Of a stretch of 64,000 nt of DNA, positions 63,571-64,000 are shown piece after piece. The notes under the pieces are model-generated. The model was given only the letters and a program-made list of their open reading frames with translations, searched no databases and had not been told where the DNA came from. Within the stretch, counting starts at the first letter, position 1. Every line of letters starts with the position of its first letter. Origin of the DNA: Octopus sinensis (taxonomy: Eukaryota); contig NW_021835475.1 in NCBI RefSeq assembly GCF_006345805.1, positions 1 to 64,000 of the forward strand, written 5' to 3'. Both the position numbers and the translations under genes were made by a program.

Positions 63571-63925
63571 GTGGAGGTGCAATGGTCCAGTGGTTAGGGC
63601 AGCAGACTTGCGGTTTTGATTCCAAGACCAGGTGTTGTGAGTGACCCCTAAAAAGCTCCACAAGGCTCCGACAGGGGGTGGTGGTGAACCCTGCTGTACT
63701 CTTTCACCACAACTTTCTCTCCCTCTTTCTTCCTGTTTCTGTTGTACTTGTATTTCGAAGGGACCAGCCTTGTCACACTCTGTGTTATGCTGAATCTCCC
63801 TGAGAACTATGTTAAAGGTTTGTGTGTTTGTGGAGTACTCAGCCACTTGCAGGTTAATTTCAAGAGCAGGCTGTTCTGGTGATCGGATCAACTGGAACCC
63901 TCATCGTTGTAACCGACGGAATACC
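63571..63925 (+). mobile_element. SINE family A, more diverged, head-to-head with the previous copy
   Basis: gtggaggtgcaatggtccagtggttagggcagc...gtaaccgacgg. Confidence 0.88.
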
Positions 63926-64000
63926 ATATATATAATAGCGATTTCCTACTGGGAATGAAGGGCAGACTGTTTGATGTGTGTGTGTGGGGGTGGGGGGGGG

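Overview
Repeat-dense, AT-rich eukaryotic genomic DNA, not prokaryotic. The mix of tRNA-derived SINEs, RTE/R4-Dong/Penelope/Tx1 relics and very heavy microsatellite load points to an octopus-type cephalopod genome; this is inferred from the repeat landscape. Almost all ORFs in the supplied track are microsatellite or transposon decoys. The one host gene I can support is a complete five-exon POP5 gene (RNase P/MRP protein subunit, 160 aa, + strand, 51793-62201), assembled by hand from GT-AG splice sites. The first ~51 kb has no recognisable host CDS. It holds SINEs, LINE/PLE/mariner/Helitron/MITE relics, a 3.15-kb satellite of 20-bp units each joining a Myb site (AACCGTTA) to a telomeric hexamer (CCCTAA), a 44-bp minisatellite, and unique islands with CRE/E-box/ETS/YY1-type motifs and possible minus-strand non-coding exons. 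The most notable details are the satellite, minimal hammerhead-ribozyme motifs in Penelope relics, a twin-priming RTE inversion, and an inverted SINE pair behind POP5. I cannot support a wholly new multi-gene system from sequence alone.
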